35,425 bases of DNA, taken from IMG/VR virus record IMGVR_UViG_3300043777_000372, one strand, 5' to 3'. The notes beneath the pieces were generated by a model, which had not been told where the DNA came from, did no database searches, and worked only from the letters and a program-made list of their open reading frames with translations. Of this stretch, positions 8,637 to 17,660 are shown one piece after another. Source of the stretch: an uncultured virus (IMG/VR IMGVR_UViG_3300043777_000372) (taxonomy: Duplodnaviria > Heunggongvirae > Uroviricota > Caudoviricetes). Both the position numbers and the translations under genes were made by a program. How positions within the stretch are numbered: position 1 is the first letter of the stretch; each line of letters starts with the position of its first letter.

Positions 8637-10492
8637 TGGCCGAGCACCACAAGGTCGAAGCCGAGCTCCACCTCGACGACCACGCGAGCCACACGCTCGA
8701 GCACGTCAAGGAGGGGTTCGAACACCTCGGCGAAAAAACCCACGAAGTTCAGCATGAGATGACGGGCTTTCTGAAGAACGCCGCGTCCATGGCGCTTGGC
8801 ATCGAGCTCGCCGGCATGGTCGAGACGATGAAGTCGATCGGCGAGGAGGTCTTCGCCGCGGCCGCGGGGATGGAGGAGCAGGAGAAGGCGATCCGGGGTG
8901 TGATGCTCATGACCGACGACGCGGGGACGTCGCTCGAGGAGATGGGCAAGCAGGCGCACGAGTTGAACGAGCAGTTCGCAGGGATGTCGGTCGAGACGGG
9001 GGCGAGCAAGGACGCGCTCGTGTCGGCGTTCACCGAGATGGCCGAACGTACGGGCATGGCGAGCGAGGACGTCGCGAAGCTCACCGGGTCCATGGCTCAA
9101 GCCGGCCGCGCGGTGCCCGGCGGCGTCGATGCGCTGTCCACGGGCTTCGCGAACATGGCCGCGGGCATCATCCGCGCGCGCAACCCGATCGTGCAGCTCA
9201 TCGCGGCGACGGGGATGCTCAAGGGCAACGCGAAGCAGGTCGCCGAGCAGATGAAGAAGATGAGCCCCGAGCAGGCGATGAACCTCGGCATCGCGGCGAT
9301 CGAGAAGATGGGCACGAAGATGAAGGGGGTGCCCTTGTCGTTCAACGAGACGATCGCGAGCATGAAGGCGTTGCGCGAACAGATCTTCGAGGCGATGGGC
9401 TCGCCGCTCCTCGCCGCGCTCGGCGGTCCGTTGAACCAGATCCGCGACTACTTCATCCAGAACAAGGAGGCCGTCGCGAAGTGGGCTGAGGAGGTCGGAC
9501 ACGACGCCGGCGAGTGGCTGAAGGAAGCGTTTCAGTATCTCCAAGACCACGGCGAGGAGATCAAAGCCGCGCTGCAGGAAGGCGGGCGGTACATCAAGGA
9601 CGCCGCGATCACGCTCGCCGAGGTCGTGCACTTCATGTGGGACCACCGCGAGGCAATCGCGCTTGCGTACGGAGCGTCGAAGGTCGCGGGGCTCGGCGGG
9701 GCGATCGGCGTGGGAGGCATTCCTTTGCTCGCGGGAGTGGCTGCCGTCGGCGCCGGGGCGGCGATGGGAGACCAGGCGGCGAAGCTGGCGCACGAGACCA
9801 TCGGGACGGGCGGGCGTGATTACCAGGACGAGCAGGCGCGCGAGGCGGCCGCGCATCAGGCGGCGCTCGCCGGCGACATCGATGCGACCAAGCGGTTCAC
9901 CGACGCGATGCTCGTCGCGCATCCCGAGCTCCAGGCGGTCGCGGACCAGATGATGGCCACGGCGCGCGCCGGCGAGGTGTTGAACCGGAAAGCTGACGCG
10001 CTCACCGAGGCGTTCAACGGGCAGGTGCTCCCGAAGGACGTGGCGGGGCTCACGGGGAAGAACATCGAGGACAGCGCCGGACGGCTCGCGCACGCGTTCG
10101 CGAAGGCGGAAGCGACCGGGTCGACGGCGACGCAGAACTACCTCGCGCACTTCGCCGTCGCGAACGAGAACATCTGGGACGCGATGAACGAGGCGGGCCC
10201 CGCCTACGAGTCGGTTGCGTTGAAGTTCATCGAGTCGATCGAGAAGTTCAACCCCGAGATGGGCAAGTCGTTGCGCGTCCGGTACGCGAACGAGCACGGC
10301 ACGGGCACGCGCGTATCCGACGAGCACGTGAGCGCACCGCCCGTGCAGAACTTCTACGGGGCGATCCACATCCAGCAGGACTTCAAAAACATGGATCCCG
10401 ACCGCATGATAATCGCGTTTAGGAAGGTCCTTCAGCGCAGCGCCCAATCGAAGACGATGGCCGCTACGCAGACTCCGCATACCGCGTTCTGA
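8636..10492 (+). CDS. tail tape measure protein
   Basis: 618 aa, Ala/Glu/Met-rich helical sequence with a hydrophobic Gly/Ala stretch; follows the chaperone genes. Confidence 0.85.
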   Translation: MAEHHKVEAELHLDDHASHTLEHVKEGFEHLGEKTHEVQHEMTGFLKNAASMALGIELAGMVETMKSIGEEVFAAAAGMEEQEKAIRGVMLMTDDAGTSLEEMGKQAHELNEQFAGMSVETGASKDALVSAFTEMAERTGMASEDVAKLTGSMAQAGRAVPGGVDALSTGFANMAAGIIRARNPIVQLIAATGMLKGNAKQVAEQMKKMSPEQAMNLGIAAIEKMGTKMKGVPLSFNETIASMKALREQIFEAMGSPLLAALGGPLNQIRDYFIQNKEAVAKWAEEVGHDAGEWLKEAFQYLQDHGEEIKAALQEGGRYIKDAAITLAEVVHFMWDHREAIALAYGASKVAGLGGAIGVGGIPLLAGVAAVGAGAAMGDQAAKLAHETIGTGGRDYQDEQAREAAAHQAALAGDIDATKRFTDAMLVAHPELQAVADQMMATARAGEVLNRKADALTEAFNGQVLPKDVAGLTGKNIEDSAGRLAHAFAKAEATGSTATQNYLAHFAVANENIWDAMNEAGPAYESVALKFIESIEKFNPEMGKSLRVRYANEHGTGTRVSDEHVSAPPVQNFYGAIHIQQDFKNMDPDRMIIAFRKVLQRSAQSKTMAATQTPHTAF

Positions 10493-10596
10493 CGGATCGA
10501 GAATCTTCAGCTCCGCCTTGGTTCACACGGGTCGGGAATTGCGTGTCGGTGTTTCGAGTGCGGATCGTTGAACGTCGGGCCCGTGCCGTTTTAGCG

Positions 10597-10618
10597 AAAG
10601 TGAGGTCGACCTCACTTT
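10597..10618. repeat. 22-bp palindrome, perfect copy
   Basis: Read directly; intergenic after the tape measure gene. Confidence 0.95.
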
Positions 10619-10669
10619 GCGGCAGGACCTCGGACACTGGTAGGGAATGGGTACCTGAAAGGGACGATC

Positions 10670-10912
10670 ATGCCGACCAAGAGCGCACCTCCGCCCAGCT
10701 CCGATCCCGAGTCGTCGGAATCCTCCTCCGATCCGATGAGCAGCGATCCGTCGAGCTCGCCGAGCTCTCCGGCATCGTCCGCGCCGTCGAGTCCGGCGTC
10801 CTCGGCTCCTTCGAGCCCTCCGTCGGATCCCGCGCCCCCCAAGGGCGGGCCTGCGGGCGCAAAAAAGAAGAAGCCGAATCCGCTTCAGCGGTGGGCCAAG
10901 AAGGGCGGCTGA
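10670..10912 (+). CDS. small Ser/Pro-rich protein with basic C-terminus (KKKKPNPLQRWAKKGG)
   Basis: Purine-rich AAAGGGA upstream; C-terminus nearly matches the 8460-8636 protein. Confidence 0.65.
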   Translation: MPTKSAPPPSSDPESSESSSDPMSSDPSSSPSSPASSAPSSPASSAPSSPPSDPAPPKGGPAGAKKKKPNPLQRWAKKGG

Positions 10913-10917
10913 GGTTC

Positions 10918-10946
10918 GGGCAAGACCCGCCCCCGCGGGGTCGCCC
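10918..10946 (+). terminator. GC-rich hairpin, possible terminator/processing site
   Basis: GGGC-aa-GACCC...GGGTC-GCCC directly after the 10912 stop; no U-tract. Confidence 0.3.
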
Positions 10947-10980
10947 TGAGTCATCCTGAGCGGGGAGCGAGGCATCCCCG

Positions 10981-12264
10981 GTGAGCATCAGCAGCAGCAC
11001 CATCGGTAGCTCGGTCACCATCGAGGAGGTGACCGGGTCCCGCGGATGGTCGATGACTCTCGTGGGCGCGGGGCTCCCTCATCAGGGTGCCGGGTGGGGG
11101 TCGGAGAACCGCATCCCGACGGAGTTCTATCCGGGCAACTTCGCGAACGGCACCCAGCAAGTCATCGGGCCGAAGGAAGGCCCGACCCACATGGAAGGCG
11201 TGTGGCGTCGGACGATGCTCCTTCGGTCGCCGGCGACGCTGAACGGGACGATGTCGGCGACGCCGGCGGACATCTGGAACTTCCTCGAGTCGCTCTCGCT
11301 CGGGGGGGCGCGTTTGCGGGTGACGACGACCCTGACGAAGACCGAGCAGGTGCCCGGGGCAACGCCGGGCGGCACGACGACTCCGAGCGGGCCGACGCAG
11401 TACCAGATCATCCGCGAGGGGCGGATGAGGACGTGCCGGCACATCCCGCTCACCCAGGACGACATCCGGTGGGAGATCGAGTGGAGGTGGGTCGGCCGCG
11501 GCGGCGCGCTCCAGCAGACCGCGGTGTCGACGCGTGACGGCGGGTCGACGGCGACCACGGCGCAGGTGCAGTCGGCAATCACCGACACGACGAACCTCAC
11601 GGGGACATCGAGCCCGGCGGCCGCGCAGAACCCCCTCGTCCCGTTGTCGGCGACGCCGGACACGCTCGGCGAGTACGAAACGATCGCGCCCGGGATGATC
11701 AGCCTCTTCGGCGGCTTGAACGCCGACCTGCTTCAGCTCCAAGTGCAGTTCGGGCAGACGTCGTCGTTGGCGGTGTCGCTCGGTGAGACGCCCTCCCAGA
11801 TCAACAACAGCGTGCTCAACCTGTCGGTGAGCACGGCGGCGACGGTCAACGCGTTCACCGATACCGCGGGGCAGCAACCGTTCGAGGTGCAGAGCTCGTC
11901 GGTGTACGAGGAGGACATCTGCTTTGCAGCGGCGCACGCGGCCGCGGTCATCCAGTCGGCGTGGACGGTTCGTGCGGCGGCGCTCACGGCTGCGGCGAAG
12001 GCGCGCCAGCTCGCGTCGACGAACCCGGGCAGCGGGCAGAAGCAGAGCCAGCAGACGCAAGGCACGGGACCTGGGCAGATTCTCGCCGTGTACCGCACGC
12101 GCCAGGGCGATACACCGCAACGGGTGGCGCGGATGTTCTACAGCAACGCCGATCGCGCGCTCGACCTTCTCCAGGCGAATCACTTGCCGTTGGGGCAGCC
12201 GAGCTTCGCGCCCGGGTCTGTGCTCATCATTCCGGTACTTCGGTCGGCCAACGCGCAGGGCTAG
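10981..12264 (+). CDS. baseplate/tube-initiator protein with C-terminal LysM/tail-X-like domain
   Basis: YRTRQGDTPQRVARMFY...LLQANHL...PGSVLIIP is LysM-like; position after tape measure. Confidence 0.75.
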   Translation: MSISSSTIGSSVTIEEVTGSRGWSMTLVGAGLPHQGAGWGSENRIPTEFYPGNFANGTQQVIGPKEGPTHMEGVWRRTMLLRSPATLNGTMSATPADIWNFLESLSLGGARLRVTTTLTKTEQVPGATPGGTTTPSGPTQYQIIREGRMRTCRHIPLTQDDIRWEIEWRWVGRGGALQQTAVSTRDGGSTATTAQVQSAITDTTNLTGTSSPAAAQNPLVPLSATPDTLGEYETIAPGMISLFGGLNADLLQLQVQFGQTSSLAVSLGETPSQINNSVLNLSVSTAATVNAFTDTAGQQPFEVQSSSVYEEDICFAAAHAAAVIQSAWTVRAAALTAAAKARQLASTNPGSGQKQSQQTQGTGPGQILAVYRTRQGDTPQRVARMFYSNADRALDLLQANHLPLGQPSFAPGSVLIIPVLRSANAQG

Positions 12265-13208
12265 TCGGCGGCTCGAGCTTGCCGGATCTCTTCGCGGCGT
12301 TCGGCGAGCTCGGCGTCGTCCTCAGCGGTCCATTCCCGCATGAACACCTTCGAGGGCCGTCCCATGGTGCGCAGCAGACGTTCGACGCGCAGGGCGTTCT
12401 TCGCCGTGATCCGCGGGCCTTTGAGATGGAGCGCGTGTCCTGCGTATCCGAGCGCTTTGGCGATCGCCGTTCGGGTCCACCCTCGTGCGAGGAGCTCGGC
12501 GATCGCCTTTTGTGCCGGTCGCGCGGCGATGATCGTGCGGTCGCGGGCGGCGCCGGTGTCGACAGCCAAGATACGGCGCTCGATGTCGGCACGGATCTTC
12601 TTTTGCCGACCGAGGATGATCTCCTGCAAAAGCGTGACGCCGACGTCGCACGCCTCATGGACCGAGCGTCGACCGATGCCGCGTTTCCGGAGTATGAGGA
12701 GGTGTGCGCGAGCTCGGCGCGCGGGAACGAGTCCCGCCCATACGACGTGCCGGTCGACGCATGCGTTGCACACGGGCTTGTGGTTGCGCAGCCATGTGCC
12801 TCCGACGACGACGCACGGCTTGCCGAAGATCCCCGGGCACCGGGACACCTGGTAGAGCTTGCCGGCGCGCACAAGGGTCCCGGCGATGGGCGGGCCCGAG
12901 GGGACGACGTCGGCGTGCGCCTGGCGGACCTTCTCGACGCGCTCGCGTGCAGCGTGGGCGTTGGACGCTCTGCACGCGTCGCAACGGCACCCGGCGACGT
13001 ATCGCCCGCGCGTACCATGATCGAGCCGTTGACCGGCCTTCGCGAGCGAGACGGGTCCACGTCCTTTTGTTGCTGGCGACGTGCTCCTGGTGCGCGTGCG
13101 AAAGCGGAACTTCGAACAGTCGCCCTCGCGGCAGTATGCGCAGGGACCTGAGTTCCACTTGTGGTGCCCGCGCTCGTGCCCGCATAGGCAGATCGGGCGG
13201 GCGCTCAT
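12261..13208 (-). CDS. putative DNA-binding protein (Cys/His clusters plus two HTH-like segments)
   Basis: CLCGH..H, HGTRGRYVAGCRCDACR, RGIGRRSVHEACDVGVTLLQEI, RGWTRTAIAKALG. Confidence 0.65.
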   Translation of the reverse strand: MSARPICLCGHERGHHKWNSGPCAYCREGDCSKFRFRTRTRSTSPATKGRGPVSLAKAGQRLDHGTRGRYVAGCRCDACRASNAHAARERVEKVRQAHADVVPSGPPIAGTLVRAGKLYQVSRCPGIFGKPCVVVGGTWLRNHKPVCNACVDRHVVWAGLVPARRARAHLLILRKRGIGRRSVHEACDVGVTLLQEIILGRQKKIRADIERRILAVDTGAARDRTIIAARPAQKAIAELLARGWTRTAIAKALGYAGHALHLKGPRITAKNALRVERLLRTMGRPSKVFMREWTAEDDAELAERREEIRQARAAD

Positions 13209-13215
13209 GGGTGGA

Positions 13216-13482
13216 TCATGCCGCGCGCGCCATGCGCACGAGGGCGAGCACGTACCGTCCCTGCGGGGTGATGATCGCGTGCAGGTCGCCGAACACGTCG
13301 TTGCACGGCAAAAGGACCACGAGCCCGCGCCCGATGAGCCGGGCGACGATCGACTCGTCGACGCTGAAGTCGGGCGGATGCCCGGCGTTCATCTCCCAGC
13401 AGAATCCGCACGACGGATGCCCGTTCGAAAAGCTCAGAATGATGAGGAGCGCGTTCTCCTCCGCGGCGGTGAGTCCTCGCAC
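13216..13482 (-). CDS. hypothetical protein (88 aa), winged-helix-like
   Basis: GTG preceded by gcggCATTCT-N7; LTAAE...RLIGRGLV...ITPQG pattern. Confidence 0.6.
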   Translation of the reverse strand: MRGLTAAEENALLIILSFSNGHPSCGFCWEMNAGHPPDFSVDESIVARLIGRGLVVLLPCNDVFGDLHAIITPQGRYVLALVRMARAA

Positions 13483-13506
13483 GCCGGGAAGAATGCCGCG
13501 CGGAGC

Positions 13507-13528
13507 AAAGTGAGGTCGACCTCACTTC
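13507..13528. repeat. 22-bp palindrome (1 mismatch) in a divergent promoter
   Basis: AAAGTGAGGTCGACCTCACTTC; 4 nt to TAGAAC-N6-GTG 13545; 11 nt to CATTCT(-). Confidence 0.95.
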
Positions 13529-13544
13529 CGGGTAGAACGACGGA

Positions 13545-15419
13545 GTGCCCGACGTCCCCCAGTTCGCAGGCGACTACATCGTCAGCTGGAAGATTCGTCT
13601 CATCCTGCGGATCGAGGAGTACTCGAACGTCTCGGTCGTCCAGAATCTCGCCTCCAATCCCATCCAGCCGCCCCAGGCGCGCATGCGCGGGGTCGCGAGC
13701 GGGAGCAGCCAGTCGATTCCGCAGAAGCAGCCTCAGACCCCCTCGCAGCCCGGCGGCTACGCCGTCACGTTCGCCGGCGGCACCCAACCGCCAGCCGGCG
13801 GTCCGCAGGCCGTCGATAGCTCGCAGGACGGCCTGACGTACACGATCGGGGCAATCATCCCGCGTGTGTTCAAACTCGGAATCAACGGGTTCAAGGAGCC
13901 CGACACGCTCACGTGTGAGATCAAATGGGTCGACGCGCCGTTCGACCCGATGGTCTTTCGTTCGGTCGGCATCGAGCTCTACGTCGGCACCGTCACTCAG
14001 GACGACTACACGGCGGGCATCAGCGGGGCGACGCGCGACCAGTCGAGTGCGAACACGAGCCAGGACGCCGGCGAGCCGTTGAACGTCGTCCCCGATGCGT
14101 TCACGGGACCGGACGGCGAGCTCCGGTCAAACCTCCGATTCCAGGGCTTCGTCGATGAATGGGAGACGGAGCTCACCGACGAAGGACTCGCGATCGTTCA
14201 CCTCAAAGCGTCGGACAACACGCGAATCCTCATGGACACGCCCATGAGCCCGGGTGCGCGCCTCAGCGGGACGTTGCCCGTCGACCAGGCGGTCGCTCAG
14301 TTCCTCGCGCAGTGGCCGCAGTTCGCGGGACTCACGGTGCAGTACCGGCCGGCGAGTCTCGGGACGATTCCCACGCTCGGCCCGCTCTTCGCGAACAGCG
14401 CGTCGATGCCCGACGGACTCCAGGCGACGCAGGGCGGGGCAAAGCAGACCCTTTCGGTGTGGGACTACCTCGTCGAGCTGATGACGGCGATCGGGCACAA
14501 CATCCGGGTCGAGACGTACGCGGGCTCTCCCGTGATCGTCATCCAGCGCATTCGGGCGGCGCTCGGAAAGAACTTCCCTCCGCGCGTGGGCGACCCGTTC
14601 CAGGGACGCTCGTGGGGCGGCACGACCCATCCTTTGCGAACGTTCATCTGGGGGCGCAACTGCAAGGTCGTGAAGAAGCGGCGCAAGTACACGCGCACGT
14701 CGATCAACGTCGAGGTTCGTTCCTACAACCCCGTGACGAAGACGACCATGCTTGCGCGCTTCCCGCCGTTCGCGAACAGCCAGGGGCTCGGCGGCAACGC
14801 GTCGGGTCCAAACGCGAGCACGAACCGGTTGCTTCACGCGCTCCCGGGTGATGGGCGCGTTGACACGAAGTACACGGTGTTCCCGGTGCCCGGTGTGCTC
14901 GACCAAGCCACGCTCCAGAACATCGCGCAGGCGTACTACGAGGGGTTGAACCGCAACGAGCTCGAGCTGACGATCGAGACGAAAGACCTCACGAGCTACG
15001 GCGGTGATGCAACCGACCCGGACGTGCTCGACATGTTCGCCGGCGACCACTTCGAATTCCTGACCGAACGGTTCGACGACAGCGTCCAGGTGAACGAGGA
15101 CGTCGGCGACATCGAGAATTCCTTGCTGCAAGGCAACGCGGGGCAGGCCGAGCTCTTCCTCGGCTTCGACCAGGACTTCATCACGAAGTACCTCGGCGCC
15201 TACGCGCTCGACGCGTACCAAACGACGTTCGTGCTGAAGAAGATGGACATCGCGGGAAGCGTCGACGACGAGGGCGGCATCTCGATCCATCTCGAGGGGG
15301 CGAACTGCGTCGAGGCGCGCGTGGACGCACCGGGTGTGGCCGACTTCGCCGACGCGCAGCTCGGCTCGCAAGGGACGGCGGCTCCGACCGGGCAGACGCC
15401 TCCGACGGGAGGCCCCTAG
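13545..15419 (+). CDS. baseplate hub protein (P2 gpD/T4 gp27-like)
   Basis: 624 aa between the LysM gene and the spike gene; RFQGFVDEW...ASDNTRILMD segment typical of hub proteins. Confidence 0.7.
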   Translation: MPDVPQFAGDYIVSWKIRLILRIEEYSNVSVVQNLASNPIQPPQARMRGVASGSSQSIPQKQPQTPSQPGGYAVTFAGGTQPPAGGPQAVDSSQDGLTYTIGAIIPRVFKLGINGFKEPDTLTCEIKWVDAPFDPMVFRSVGIELYVGTVTQDDYTAGISGATRDQSSANTSQDAGEPLNVVPDAFTGPDGELRSNLRFQGFVDEWETELTDEGLAIVHLKASDNTRILMDTPMSPGARLSGTLPVDQAVAQFLAQWPQFAGLTVQYRPASLGTIPTLGPLFANSASMPDGLQATQGGAKQTLSVWDYLVELMTAIGHNIRVETYAGSPVIVIQRIRAALGKNFPPRVGDPFQGRSWGGTTHPLRTFIWGRNCKVVKKRRKYTRTSINVEVRSYNPVTKTTMLARFPPFANSQGLGGNASGPNASTNRLLHALPGDGRVDTKYTVFPVPGVLDQATLQNIAQAYYEGLNRNELELTIETKDLTSYGGDATDPDVLDMFAGDHFEFLTERFDDSVQVNEDVGDIENSLLQGNAGQAELFLGFDQDFITKYLGAYALDAYQTTFVLKKMDIAGSVDDEGGISIHLEGANCVEARVDAPGVADFADAQLGSQGTAAPTGQTPPTGGP

Positions 15420-16387
15420 TGGAATCGTTCGATTACGCCGGGCAACGAGAAGCGGCTGCGGGGCCCGGGTCCGACACGCGGCAGTGGATCTCGAATGGCA
15501 TCGTGAACGCCGACACGGCCACAGCCAAGAGCGTCGACTTCACCGCGCCCGAGGGGCCGCTCGTCTCCGTGCGCCTGCATCCGAGCGACATCGACGTCCG
15601 GTGCCGCGTGGCGAGCTTCATCGCGGGCACGGGCCAAGGGGAGTGGCACCCGTTCGTCGGGGGCGACGAGGTGCTCGTTGCGCTCCCGCAGGGGCATGAG
15701 CGCGGAGGAGCGATCATCGTCGGGCGGTTGAACAACGGAGTCGACAAGTTCCCCACGAACGTCGGCAACCAGGACGTCACCCAGAACAGCACGACGGTGC
15801 GCACGAGCATCCCGAACTACGTCTGGCAGATCTCCAACGGGTGGCTGCTCCGGAGCGTGACGACGTCGGCGCAGATGGCGCTCGACGTGAAGGGCAATTG
15901 GACCTTCGTGTGTGGCGACCTCCACTTCATGCAGCTCGGCTCGGGCGGCGTATACCTGGCGACGGCGCAGCTCGACGGGCAGGCGACGAACCCGATCAGC
16001 TTTCTTCAGATCGACGCAACGACGGGCAAGATCTCGCTGTCGGCCGGCACGCCGAGCTCGCCGGGCAAGGCGCTGCTCAGCATGGATCCGTCGACGGGCA
16101 ACATCTACGCGTCGACGACGGGTGCGCTGCCCGTGGGGCACGTCGCGACGGTCGAAGGCATGGTCGGGCTCATCGCGGCGTGCCTTACGGCGTTCGGTGC
16201 GCTCATTACGCTCTCGCCCGTCACCCCGCCGCAAGTGATCGTTGCGATGGAGACGGGCATCGCCGCGGCGGGGACGGTGCCGCCTTACGCGACGTTTGCA
16301 GCGCTCGTCTCGGCGGCGCTCGCCAAGCCGCGCGACCCAACCGGGCTCGTATCGCCCGGGCTCGGGTCTCCCGGCTTCTTCGTGTAG
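15419..16387 (+). CDS. baseplate spike protein (gpV/gp5 OB-fold-like)
   Basis: AGTGQGEWHPFVGGDEVLVALPQG...IIVGRL matches the gpV OB-fold pattern, followed by beta-strand repeats. Confidence 0.8.
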   Translation: MESFDYAGQREAAAGPGSDTRQWISNGIVNADTATAKSVDFTAPEGPLVSVRLHPSDIDVRCRVASFIAGTGQGEWHPFVGGDEVLVALPQGHERGGAIIVGRLNNGVDKFPTNVGNQDVTQNSTTVRTSIPNYVWQISNGWLLRSVTTSAQMALDVKGNWTFVCGDLHFMQLGSGGVYLATAQLDGQATNPISFLQIDATTGKISLSAGTPSSPGKALLSMDPSTGNIYASTTGALPVGHVATVEGMVGLIAACLTAFGALITLSPVTPPQVIVAMETGIAAAGTVPPYATFAALVSAALAKPRDPTGLVSPGLGSPGFFV

Positions 16388-16396
16388 CTTTCGGTC

Positions 16397-16690
16397 GTGA
16401 GCAATGTCTCGTGCGGCACGGGCCCGTCGATCGGGTTTTCGACTCCCCCGCTGACGCTCAGCATCCCGTGTCTTTTCACGATCAGCCTCCCGAGCTTTTC
16501 GTTTTCGTTCGCGCTGCCGTCGTTCTCGCTCGCGTTCTTCCTGTCGCTGTTCTTCCACTTCTCGCTCTGCAACCTGTCTCTCGCGTTCGACATCAACGCC
16601 GGCGTCGCCGTCGCGGCGAACGGGGGGTGCATCTCGAATTGCGTCCCTGACCCATCGCTCGCCGAGCAAACGTTCGCGGTGGCCGCATGA
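16397..16690 (+). CDS. small hydrophobic Cys-containing baseplate-region protein
   Basis: GTG 6 nt after TAGCTT (16385-16390); stop overlaps the next ATG (ATGA). Confidence 0.6.
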   Translation: MSNVSCGTGPSIGFSTPPLTLSIPCLFTISLPSFSFSFALPSFSLAFFLSLFFHFSLCNLSLAFDINAGVAVAANGGCISNCVPDPSLAEQTFAVAA

Positions 16691-17619
16691 CGTTGCACGA
16701 AGGCGGGTGGGGCAAAGGGTCGTGGGGCGGGTCGGGGTGGGGCGGCGCGGAAGCCCCGCTCGCGGCGTTCCAGTTCGTGTCGTCCTTCGCGCCGGCGGAG
16801 AACATCATCCGCCTCTTCTTCACGCAGACCCCGTACTACTCGGAGATCTACGACACGTATGACGCGTCGGACATCACCCACTATGCCGTGAGCGAGGTGA
16901 GCTCGACGACGGGCTACGACGGATTCGCGGCGCGCCCGGTCGCCGTTGTGCAAGCGATCATCTCGACGGCAGCGCCCAACGCGCTGGACCTGTACCTCGA
17001 CCGTCCGATGAGCCCGTACCCGAGTCAGTACGTCGTGTCGGCGGTGAATCTGGCGAGCTCGGGGCTCGTGACCATCATCCCGTCGTTGTCGGCGACCATC
17101 CTGGGCGTGTACCGCGCGCTCGCGCCCATGAGCGAGGACGTCGCTCTTCCGACGCGCGACATCGCGAACCCGCAGACCCTCAGCTCGATTCAGTCGTCGG
17201 GCATCGGCTCGGCGCTCCCGCCGACCGGGCAGAACCTCGGTGTGTTCAACGTGGACTCCAGCGGCGATTACGCGTTCGACCAGGGGGTGCAGTGCGTGAA
17301 GAAGCGCATCCTGCGCCGCGGCGTCACGGACAAGGGCGCCTTTGCGCACCTTCCCCGGACGTACGGCGTGGGGCTTCTATCGGCATGCAAGCAGCTCGGG
17401 GTTCCGGCGAAGCGCAACGCGTACGCGGCCGACTACCAGTCGCAGATCATGCAAGAGCCCGAGGTCATTAGCGCCTCGGTGACGTGTCTGCAGGACCCAT
17501 TGACGCCGTCGCTTCTGCACTTCGTCATCCTTGCCCAGACGAAGATGGGCACGACCATTTCGATGGATCACCCGATCGACATCATCGCCGGCGTGTCGCT
17601 CGCGAACTACGCGAACTGA
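16687..17619 (+). CDS. baseplate wedge/sheath-initiator protein (gp25/gpW-like C-terminal domain)
   Basis: KKRILRRGVTDKGAFAHLPRTYGVGL...QEPEV resembles gp25-like domains; directly before the J gene. Confidence 0.7.
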   Translation: MTLHEGGWGKGSWGGSGWGGAEAPLAAFQFVSSFAPAENIIRLFFTQTPYYSEIYDTYDASDITHYAVSEVSSTTGYDGFAARPVAVVQAIISTAAPNALDLYLDRPMSPYPSQYVVSAVNLASSGLVTIIPSLSATILGVYRALAPMSEDVALPTRDIANPQTLSSIQSSGIGSALPPTGQNLGVFNVDSSGDYAFDQGVQCVKKRILRRGVTDKGAFAHLPRTYGVGLLSACKQLGVPAKRNAYAADYQSQIMQEPEVISASVTCLQDPLTPSLLHFVILAQTKMGTTISMDHPIDIIAGVSLANYAN

Positions 17620-17622
17620 CCC

Positions 17623-17644
17623 GGGGTGAGGTCGACCTCACTTT
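17623..17644. repeat. 22-bp palindrome (3 mismatches)
   Basis: GGGGTGAGGTCGACCTCACTTT; 4 nt to TAGCGT-N6-GTG 17661. Confidence 0.9.
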
Positions 17645-17660
17645 CCGGTAGCGTCGCTTC

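Noticed and set aside
10493..10596. Structured RNA after the tape measure gene
   Set aside because: Only one 8-bp stem (CACGGGTC/GGCCCGTG) plus weak pairings; plausible by chance at this GC content.
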